NCBI RefSeq assembly: GCF_000172995.2
Contig: NC_014729.1
Coordinates: forward strand, 1,770,001-1,802,000
Length of the DNA: 32,000 bases
Direction: 5' to 3'
DNA from: Halogeometricum borinquense DSM 11551
Lineage (GTDB): Archaea; Halobacteriota; Halobacteria; Halobacteriales; Haloferacaceae
Shown: one piece after another, positions 24,965 to 32,000 of the stretch
How the letters are laid out: the number at the start of each line of letters is the position of its first letter
Position numbering within the stretch: the first letter of the stretch is position 1
Program-made: the position numbers and the translations under genes
Notes under the pieces: generated by a model
What the model saw: only the letters and a program-made list of their open reading frames with translations
What the model was told of the DNA's origin: nothing
Database searches by the model: none

Positions 24965-26773
24965 TCAGTGGCGATTCGCAGAATCAGCGCTCGAACGGCC
25001 GTTGGTCGTCAGCGACTCTGCAGTTTCTTCGAAGAACGTCTGCATCAACTTCTTCTCGCCAGCACGGAGGTGTTCGTGGAACGTCGGCGCGGTGATACCG
25101 AGCGATTCGGCGACTTCTTCGGCCGTACTCCCGCGCGGCCAGTCGAAATACCCGGAAACAAACGCCGTCTCTAACACGTCGTGCTGTCTGGACGTGAGTT
25201 TGTCTTCCAGTTCGCGCTTGAACGCTTCCGTCGATTGGACGGACCGTTCGACCTCTCGCTTTGCGACCACTCCGACCGCTGGGAACGCCGACTGGACGGT
25301 GTCGTTCAGGACCCGGAGGTCCGCGCCCGGCGAGACGGTGACGACAAGCGACCCTTCTCCGCCCATCGCGGTCAAGGTGTCCACGCTCGCACCGAACTCG
25401 ATGAGGGGCACCAATACCGTCGATGCATCGACACGAACCTCGAACAGTGACTTCTCCGGTGTGTCTGTGATGGTTCGTGCGTGCTGGACGTCCTCGTGAG
25501 CGGTGAGATATTCGAGGACATCCTCCGCGGCGGCCTCCTCGACGCTCGTATAACAGGAGATTCCGCCATCGGTCGCCGGTGAGAACCCCTGTAACGAGAC
25601 GCGTCCGTTGACAACTGCCGACAGATCGACAAACAGGTCTCCTCGGTCCTCGTGCGTGAACTCCAGTTCGACCGCAGTGTCGCTGTAGAGCAGGCGTTTG
25701 GATTCGGCGGCGTTGATACCGTGTCCGATAGTTGCGCCGAGTTCGTCAAACACCGCTCGGTCGTCCTCGCCGAACGTCACGTTGTCATCGGTGTAGACGA
25801 CGAGTGCGCCGTACACCGTCTCCCGGTATGCGATGGGAACGACGACGGTCGAAAGTCCCTCGGGCGTGACATCCGGTGTTTCCGTTCGATCAGACGTGAA
25901 CACTGCCTCGAAGTGGTCGGGGTCTATGCCATCGATCAGTTCGACGGTACGGTCCTGTAACGCAGAACGGATACGTGGCGTCAGAGAACCTATCTGCCCG
26001 TCGAACACCGGTGGCGCGACACCTGCGGCAGTTCGGCAACTGATCGTCTCGACCGTGTCGCTGTACCGGGCAACCCACGCGGCGGTGTAGGTATCGAACG
26101 ACGCTAACGACTCACAGACAGCTCTCTCTATCTCCTCACGCGTCGTCGCATCGACAAGCGCCTTATCGACCTCCCTGAGTAGATCGTTGATATGATGGAG
26201 ACGGTCCAATTGGCGTTGCCGTCGTGCGATTTCGTTCTCGTGACCACGCCGAACCTCCTCAACCTGTTCGCGGAGTTGTTTCAGAACCTCGGGGTCGCGG
26301 AGGTCCTCGTTGTCACGCGATTTGAGGGCTTGTTCGGTCGATTCAAGTGCGAAGAACTCCCGGACTTCCTCGTCGAACTCCGAACGGACGACTAGTTCCT
26401 TGACTGCCTCGCGAACGTCCGTCTTCGTCACCGGCTTCACGAGATAGTCGTCGAACGGCATATCGACGATCTCGGTGTCCGGTTCGACGGCCGTCATCAT
26501 TGCCACGTGACAGTCGAGTCCTCGTTCTCTGAGTGCGTCCAGAACGTCGTCTCCCGAAATCTTCGGCATTCGCCTGTCGAGGAGGACCACGTCAACGGAT
26601 TCGTCAGCTTCCGCTAAGGCGTCCTCACCGCTGTACGCGGCGCGAACGTCGTAGTCGTCTTGGAGCCAGTATACGCAGGTGTCCGCGAGGTCCTCGTCGT
26701 CGTCTACGACGAGGACAACTGGCGTCGCTGAGCGTTTGTCTTCCTCCTCGCCCAGCGCCCTTTCAGTGGACAT
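24965..26773 (-). CDS. response regulator / transcription regulator: REC - HalX-like coiled coil - GAF-like - HTH_10 (Bat-type)
   Basis: N-terminal receiver (VVLVVDDDEDL...VLLDRRMPKISG...YLVKP). C-terminal LTSRQHDVLETAFVSGYFDWPRGSTAEEVAESLGITAPTFHEHLRAGEKKL is the HTH_10 signature. ATG chosen at 26773. Confidence 0.9.
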   Translation of the reverse strand: MSTERALGEEEDKRSATPVVLVVDDDEDLADTCVYWLQDDYDVRAAYSGEDALAEADESVDVVLLDRRMPKISGDDVLDALRERGLDCHVAMMTAVEPDTEIVDMPFDDYLVKPVTKTDVREAVKELVVRSEFDEEVREFFALESTEQALKSRDNEDLRDPEVLKQLREQVEEVRRGHENEIARRQRQLDRLHHINDLLREVDKALVDATTREEIERAVCESLASFDTYTAAWVARYSDTVETISCRTAAGVAPPVFDGQIGSLTPRIRSALQDRTVELIDGIDPDHFEAVFTSDRTETPDVTPEGLSTVVVPIAYRETVYGALVVYTDDNVTFGEDDRAVFDELGATIGHGINAAESKRLLYSDTAVELEFTHEDRGDLFVDLSAVVNGRVSLQGFSPATDGGISCYTSVEEAAAEDVLEYLTAHEDVQHARTITDTPEKSLFEVRVDASTVLVPLIEFGASVDTLTAMGGEGSLVVTVSPGADLRVLNDTVQSAFPAVGVVAKREVERSVQSTEAFKRELEDKLTSRQHDVLETAFVSGYFDWPRGSTAEEVAESLGITAPTFHEHLRAGEKKLMQTFFEETAESLTTNGRSSADSANRH

Positions 26774-26881
26774 GTTGACATGTTTTCGAACTTGCCCCAT
26801 GGGTATATATCTGCCTCCCGCCGTACCGGAATTTATTCAGCCAGCGATATCGTCGAATGTAAGTAATCCGAGAAATATCGA

Positions 26882-29242
26882 TCAGGTCGTTTGGAGCGTG
26901 ATGGTGAATACGGCACCTTCAGGGTCGTTATCGCTCACATCGATTGTGCCGCCGTAACTGTCAACGAGTTCCTTGACGAGGTAGAGTCCAAACCCGCTTC
27001 CGGGTGTTGCGAGTCCTTCGACGTCCTTCTCGACGATTCGCTGTTTTTCCTCGTCGGGGATTCCCGGACCGTTGTCCGCGACGCGGACTGCTACCGCTCC
27101 ATCTCCGCGCTGTTCGACACTGACGGAGACGCGTGGAACGGCCTTATCGTTGTGTTGGACGGCGTTCGAGAGGACGTTTTCGAACACCTGCGGAAGTAAG
27201 TCGTCTGCAACCACTACCACGTCGGGTATCGGCCCGTCGGTGGTAATCATCACCTCGTCGTTGTCGTCGTCGAGACGTTCGAGTTCGCGCACCAGAATCT
27301 TCCCCAGCGGTTTCAGCTTTAACTCGTGGGATTCGCTGTCCACGATGGCTTTCGTGAACGACCGCATCGTTTCCACTAAATCTACCATCTCACCGACACG
27401 CTCCCGAACTGTCGTGAGGTGACTTCGGCCGGCATCGTCTACGAAGTCTTGGAGAATTTCCGAACGGGCACTGACGACGTTCAATCCGTTGAGGAGGTTG
27501 TGCCGGAGGATGCGGTTCATGAACTCCAGTCGCTTGCGCTCGCGGCGGAGTTCCCGTTCGCGCTGTTTTCGCTCGGTGATGTCCCGCCCCTCCGGAACGA
27601 GGAGTACGACCTCACCCCGTTCGTCCGTGACCGGCGTGATAGAGAAGTCCATGACGAACTCCTCTCCAGTATCTGGGTCTTCCCCTGTGACCTCGTACCG
27701 GACGAACTCACCTGTAGACGCCAATCTGATGGCATCTTTCATTTCATCGACGTTTTCTTGATTCGCGTCCCACCACGTCTCCTCCCAGAGGTGTTTGCCG
27801 ACCAGTTTCTCCCGTTCAACTCCGGAAAACTCGATGGCGGCGTCGTTTACTTTCAGTACTGTCCCGTCGGGTTTCATCAACCCCATCAGCTGGAACGTCC
27901 GGTTGAAGACGGCGTCGAGGCGGCGTTCGCGCCGTTTTCGCTCGGTCATGTCTCGGATAACCTTGACGAAGCCGCGACACGACCCGTCTTCGTCTTTGAG
28001 CGCGGTGAGCGTCACGGACGCCCAAAACTGACTGCCATCCTTGCGGACCCGCCACCCTTCGTCTTTGCACTGCCCGTCTCGCCGCGCCGTTTCGAGCACT
28101 TCCGAGGGATGGCCGTCTTCGATCTCCGATTCGGTGTAAAACAGCGAGAAATGCTCTCCGAGCACTTCAGACTCTTTGTACCCCTCGATATCCTCGGCTC
28201 CCCGATTCCAACTGGCGATGTGCCCGTCAGCGTCGAGTCGGAAGATCGCGTACTCTTCGACGTCTTCGACGAACGTGCTGAACTCCTCGCGTCGGCGCTT
28301 CAGTTCGCGTTCCTCCTGCCGGCGTTCGACGGTGTCGATTGCATGCGTGACGGCGTCTCCGAGTTGTTGTAGCGACTCCGTCGGTCCGTCTTGGGTACCA
28401 AAAGCGCCCTTACGGTCCGAGTACAGGCAGAGCACGCCGTAGTTCGCGCCGCGATACTCCAACGGGACGCACGCGCACGCGTTGAACCCGTGTTCGAGAG
28501 CTTCCGCTCGCCACTGCTCCCAGCCGCTACTGTCCTCGATACTCGACGTGATCTGGACTTCGTTTTCGGCGGCGGCACATTTTGCAGGCCCTCGTCCGAT
28601 CATCTTGTCATCCGGCAACTCCTCGACAGAGCCCTGTTCTGCACCTGCCCATGCTGACGGCTCGATGTCGTCGCCGTCCACGCGGCCGACCCAGACGAAT
28701 CTCAGTGGCGTCGTCTCGATCAGGCGGTTGCAGACTAACTGTTCGATGTGGTCGCGCGAGACGGCGTTCTCGCTTGCGCTACTCACCTCGCTTATCACCT
28801 GTGTGAACGTTTCCAAGATGTCGAGACGGTCCTGCTGGCGTTCGAGACGTTCCTCACGCTTTCGCCGGTCGGTTACGTCCCGAAAGTAAACAGTGAGCCC
28901 GGTCTCCGACGGGTAGGCGCTCACCTCGAACCACTTGTCGAGGGGCGTATAGTACTCGGTGAACGTGACGGGGTCTTTCTCCTCGAACGCCCGTTCGTAC
29001 TGTTCTTGGAACGTCGAGCCGATTGCGTCCGGAAACTCATCCCAGATGGTCTCTCCGATGAGTTCGTCGGCGTCGCGGTCCAGCAACTCCGTTGCCTTAC
29101 TGTTCAGATATGTGAAATGGAATTCGGGATCGACAGCAAACACTGCGTCTGAAATCCGTTCGAGATGTTCGTAGATGTCCGCATCAAGTCGGTCTCCCCC
29201 GCGCCTCGTAGAGTCCTCCATTGTTTTTGTGGTATCTCCCAT
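26882..29242 (-). CDS. cytoplasmic multi-PAS/GAF sensor histidine kinase
   Basis: Several PAS blocks, each followed by DITERK/DMTERK-type linkers. H-box RILRHNLLNGL. N/G1/G2 boxes NAVQHN, DNGPGI, GSGFGL. No TM segment. ATG 29242 is preferred over the TTG at 29278. Confidence 0.9.
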   Translation of the reverse strand: MGDTTKTMEDSTRRGGDRLDADIYEHLERISDAVFAVDPEFHFTYLNSKATELLDRDADELIGETIWDEFPDAIGSTFQEQYERAFEEKDPVTFTEYYTPLDKWFEVSAYPSETGLTVYFRDVTDRRKREERLERQQDRLDILETFTQVISEVSSASENAVSRDHIEQLVCNRLIETTPLRFVWVGRVDGDDIEPSAWAGAEQGSVEELPDDKMIGRGPAKCAAAENEVQITSSIEDSSGWEQWRAEALEHGFNACACVPLEYRGANYGVLCLYSDRKGAFGTQDGPTESLQQLGDAVTHAIDTVERRQEERELKRRREEFSTFVEDVEEYAIFRLDADGHIASWNRGAEDIEGYKESEVLGEHFSLFYTESEIEDGHPSEVLETARRDGQCKDEGWRVRKDGSQFWASVTLTALKDEDGSCRGFVKVIRDMTERKRRERRLDAVFNRTFQLMGLMKPDGTVLKVNDAAIEFSGVEREKLVGKHLWEETWWDANQENVDEMKDAIRLASTGEFVRYEVTGEDPDTGEEFVMDFSITPVTDERGEVVLLVPEGRDITERKQRERELRRERKRLEFMNRILRHNLLNGLNVVSARSEILQDFVDDAGRSHLTTVRERVGEMVDLVETMRSFTKAIVDSESHELKLKPLGKILVRELERLDDDNDEVMITTDGPIPDVVVVADDLLPQVFENVLSNAVQHNDKAVPRVSVSVEQRGDGAVAVRVADNGPGIPDEEKQRIVEKDVEGLATPGSGFGLYLVKELVDSYGGTIDVSDNDPEGAVFTITLQTT

Positions 29243-29469
29243 GGAATGTGTGCTCGCTTCGTCGTCGTCCGTCTGCAACTAGGGCTTCGCCCGCCCGCAC
29301 CGCCGCGTACGGCCGGGGAGGTGTGAACGTGCAGACGTTGTTGTAGTGACTCTTTGGTCGGAACATATACTCCTTTCCCCATTTACCACTGACATGTTGG
29401 CAATCTTATCATGGTTGGTGTTTTCACATGACACAATATTCACCCCGATTGAGTCCCTATCGAACTGCT

Positions 29470-29754
29470 ATGAGAAAGAACGAAATCGTCCACATTCACG
29501 CGCTCTTGGTACTCATCGCGGAGAAATTCGTCGGACAAGGACTCATCGAAGCCGAGGAGTTCGCGGAGTACCGGTTGCTCGGTACCTCGCCGATGTCGCT
29601 TCGTGCGCCGCGGGCGGACCACGAGGCGGCCGTCCGCCTCCTCGCCGACACCCTCTCGACGGCGGTTGAGCGATACGAAGCCGCGGATCACAGGGCTGAC
29701 GGGAGCGGGCAGCGTCTTCGACACCCGTCGTCGCGTTCTACTAGCCGCCGCTGA
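29470..29754 (+). CDS. UPF0058-family small protein
   Basis: The MRKNEIVHIHALLVLIAEKF... N-terminus matches my memory of the archaeal UPF0058 family. ATG chosen at 29470 within ORF 29428-29754. Confidence 0.65.
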   Translation: MRKNEIVHIHALLVLIAEKFVGQGLIEAEEFAEYRLLGTSPMSLRAPRADHEAAVRLLADTLSTAVERYEAADHRADGSGQRLRHPSSRSTSRR

Positions 29755-29814
29755 GCCGTTCCGCACCCGAAGAGAACGAGGAACCTACAAGGCACCGCCC
29801 GACGACGTGCCCGT

Positions 29815-31536
29815 ATGCGACTGCAGGACTACTGGGGGGTCGGTCCGAAGACGAGCGAACGACTCCGCGAGACGCTCGGCGTCGAACGGGCCGTCGAAGC
29901 CATCGAAGGTGCCGACATCAGAACGCTCGCTGACGCGGGTCTGCCTCGTGGGCGAGCGGTTCGTATTCTCCGTCGGGCCAACGGTGCGACCGGGATGGAC
30001 GCGCTCGGGACCCGAGACGTTCACGAGGTGTACGACGACTTGTTGACGCTGGCCAGCGAGTACGCCGTCACTGACCACGCTTCCGACCGAATTCGCGTTC
30101 TTACGCCGTTAGAACACGTCGAAGCGCGAGAAGAGCGACTGGACGACGTGCTCGACGCGCGCGAGGCGTGGTCGTCACTCGACGAAGACGCGAAGACAGC
30201 CGTCCTCGACGCCTTCGACCGCTACGACGAGGCGGGCGGAACAGACCGTGCGGCCGTCGAAGCCGCCCTCTCGCTCCGTGAGGCGGGGCTTCGCGGGACG
30301 ACGTTCGACGCCCTCGACGGCGTGGACGACGACGCACTCCGCGATGCCGCGGGTGCCCTCGGCTACGTCGAAAGCGATGGCTCTGTCGCGGCGGGCGCAG
30401 ACGACGAACTCGACCGCCTTCGTGACAAACTCGATGCCGTCCGCGAACTGGAGAACGGCGCGCTGGACGTCCTCGAATCCGTTCGGTCGCGTGGCGTCCG
30501 CAGTCTCGATGAGTTCCAGTCGGCCTTCGTCGAGTACGTCGCCGAGGAGTCCGGTCTCCGACGGGGACGGATCGAAGCAGCGACGACAGGCGACGCCTAC
30601 GACGAGGCGGACTTCGCTTCGACGACGCTCAGAACGCTGGTCGAAGAACTCGAAGCCGACGTGGATGCGCGAGAAGAGAGCGTCGCAGCGGATTTACGGG
30701 CAGACGTAGAAGCCGCCAGAGCGGACGTGGACGCCGCGGTCACCGCCGTCTCCGACATCGCCTTCGAGCTGTCACTCGGTCGATTCGCCGCGGAGTACGA
30801 CCTCACGCGTCCGACGCTCGTTTCCGACGGCGTAGCCGTTGTCGGGGCACGGAATCTCACGCTCTCGGGCGACGTTGATCCAGTCTCGTACGCCGTCGGT
30901 GCGCACGAACTCGACAGTGGGACGCTCACTCCTCCCTCCGGCGACCGCGTCGCCGTCCTGACCGGTGCGAACTCCGGCGGGAAGACGACGCTTCTGGAGA
31001 CGCTCTGTCAAGTGGTGTTGCTCGCGTCCATGGGTCTGCCCGTCCCCGCCGAGTCGGCAGAGGTCGGCGACTTCGACACGATTGTCTTCCATCGACGCCA
31101 CGCGAGTTTCAACGCTGGCGTCCTCGAATCGACGTTGAAATCTATTGTCCCGCCGCTTGCCTCCGGCGGCCGAACGCTGATGCTCGTCGATGAGTTCGAA
31201 GCCATTACCGAACCCGGCCGGGCGGCGGACCTGTTGAACGGGCTCGTCTCGCTGACGGTGCGGCAGGACGCACTCGGCGTGTACGTGACCCACCTCGCGG
31301 ACGAACTGAGTCCGCTCCCAGACGAGGCGCGCATCGACGGCATCTTCGCGGAGGGCTTGACAGAAGAGTTGGCGCTTCGCGTGGATTATCAACCGCGCTT
31401 TGGTACTGTTGGCAAGTCCACACCGGAGTTCATCGTCTCCCGTCTCGTCGCCAACGCACGCGACCGCGCCGAACGACAGGGATTCGAGGCGCTTGCGGCC
31501 GCAGTCGGCGAAGAGGCGATCCAGCAGACGTTATAA
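29815..31536 (+). CDS. MutS-related ATPase (MutS domain V only; N-terminal HhH-like region; no mismatch-binding or Smr domain seen)
   Basis: Walker A GANSGGKTTLLETL, Walker B LMLVDEFE, and THL near the C-terminus. The N-terminus WGVGPKTSERLRETLG looks like helix-hairpin-helix. The roughly 300-aa middle region is Ala/Asp/Glu-rich. Confidence 0.85.
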   Translation: MRLQDYWGVGPKTSERLRETLGVERAVEAIEGADIRTLADAGLPRGRAVRILRRANGATGMDALGTRDVHEVYDDLLTLASEYAVTDHASDRIRVLTPLEHVEAREERLDDVLDAREAWSSLDEDAKTAVLDAFDRYDEAGGTDRAAVEAALSLREAGLRGTTFDALDGVDDDALRDAAGALGYVESDGSVAAGADDELDRLRDKLDAVRELENGALDVLESVRSRGVRSLDEFQSAFVEYVAEESGLRRGRIEAATTGDAYDEADFASTTLRTLVEELEADVDAREESVAADLRADVEAARADVDAAVTAVSDIAFELSLGRFAAEYDLTRPTLVSDGVAVVGARNLTLSGDVDPVSYAVGAHELDSGTLTPPSGDRVAVLTGANSGGKTTLLETLCQVVLLASMGLPVPAESAEVGDFDTIVFHRRHASFNAGVLESTLKSIVPPLASGGRTLMLVDEFEAITEPGRAADLLNGLVSLTVRQDALGVYVTHLADELSPLPDEARIDGIFAEGLTEELALRVDYQPRFGTVGKSTPEFIVSRLVANARDRAERQGFEALAAAVGEEAIQQTL

Positions 31537-32000
31537 AGAACAAGGAGAATACCCGCGCCTTTAGGCGCGGGATGAATCCGACATTCTGACCGGAAATACA
31601 CCGACGACATTCCAGCCGGATATTCCATGCCCGGTCGTTGGTTTTAATAATAACTCCCTCATAACGTGTTATAAGGCCAGTTCGATGCTGGAGACGACCC
31701 GCACCTACGTCGCCCGAATCACGAACCACCAGCAGGTTCGTGACGATCTCGACCAGTGCGGGTTCTCAGCCTCGAAACTGTGGAACGTCGGACGCTACTA
31801 TATCCAAGGCCGATGGGATGAGGACGGTGAGATACCTGACGAAGCCGAACTGAAGTCGGAGTTGAAAGACCACGAACGCTACAGTGACCTGCATTCTCAG
31901 TCAAGTCAGCGAGTTCTCGAAGAACTTGCTGAGGCGTTCACTGGCTGGTACAACTCCGACGACGGCAACAACCCACCGGGCTACCGGAAATGTGGCGACG
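31531..32000 (+). mobile_element. second copy of the IS1341-type tnpB element (left end plus the 5' part of tnpB; continues beyond the window)
   Basis: Homology to 11407 onward begins at TTAT (31531-31534). Perfect left-end hairpin at 31552-31571. Same 150-nt spacing to the tnpB ATG. Confidence 0.8.
31685..32000 (+). CDS. tnpB: TnpB, second copy (N-terminal 105 codons only in the window)
   Basis: Reads MLETTRTYVARITNHQQVRDDLDQCGFSASKLWNVGRYYIQGRWDEDGEIPDEAELKSELKDHERYSDLHSQSSQRVLEELAEAFTGWYNSDDGNNPPGYRKCGD with no stop, colinear with 11561-11876. Confidence 0.9.
   Translation, partial: MLETTRTYVARITNHQQVRDDLDQCGFSASKLWNVGRYYIQGRWDEDGEIPDEAELKSELKDHERYSDLHSQSSQRVLEELAEAFTGWYNSDDGNNPPGYRKCGD

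Noticed and set aside
11407-32000. Composite transposon formed by the two IS copies
   Set aside because: IS200/IS605 elements transpose as single-stranded circles with asymmetric ends and are not known to form composite transposons. The enclosed genes look like native core genes. I kept only the homologous-recombination possibility as a finding.
1-32000. tRNA, rRNA, RNase P or SRP RNA genes
   Set aside because: I scanned the non-coding gaps longer than 150 nt (931-1222, 2339-2515, 10695-11045, 21040-21286, 23452-23639, 29243-29469). I saw no cloverleaf-compatible acceptor/T-arm pattern or other recognisable RNA gene signatures. tRNAscan or Infernal would be needed to be certain.

Overview
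This is a GC-rich (by eye roughly 60-65%) chromosomal segment from a haloarchaeon (class Halobacteria). The evidence is strongly acidic predicted proteins, archaeal markers (TFS, NAC, TrmI), HalX/HTH_10 'Bat-type' regulators, and AT-rich boxes about 25 nt upstream of several start codons, which suggests leaderless mRNAs. I call about 35 protein genes. Most are housekeeping or core metabolism: an S10-like paralogue, NUDIX hydrolase, enoyl-CoA hydratase, TFS, TrmI, NAC, an O-methyltransferase, methylmalonyl-CoA mutase large subunit and epimerase, two acyl-CoA synthetases and an acyl-CoA dehydrogenase. There is also a soluble PAS chemotaxis transducer, a cytoplasmic PAS/GAF histidine kinase with two receiver proteins, a secreted HExxH metalloprotease, a rhodanese-MBL plus split YeeE/YedE sulfur module with an adjacent HTH regulator, and a MutS-related ATPase. 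The clearly accessory content is two same-orientation copies of a TnpB-only IS200/IS605 (IS1341-type) element, one complete at about 11407-12870 and one cut by the window end at 31531-32000. These are candidate OMEGA RNA-guided nuclease loci. I saw no rRNA, tRNA or CRISPR array. Three short tandem-repeat arrays lie in intergenic DNA (24 bp, 30 bp and 18 bp x5). I did not recognise a multi-gene system that is convincingly new. The best leads are the TnpB elements (non-canonical RuvC-II motif, mosaic divergence, insertion on a stop codon), the 18-bp repeat array next to a Cys-pair HTH regulator beside the sulfur operon, a conserved hypothetical protein with a possible nuclease-like motif plus a 4-Cys cluster, and the HhH-MutS-like ATPase. 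All product names come from motif recognition by eye. No database search was run.
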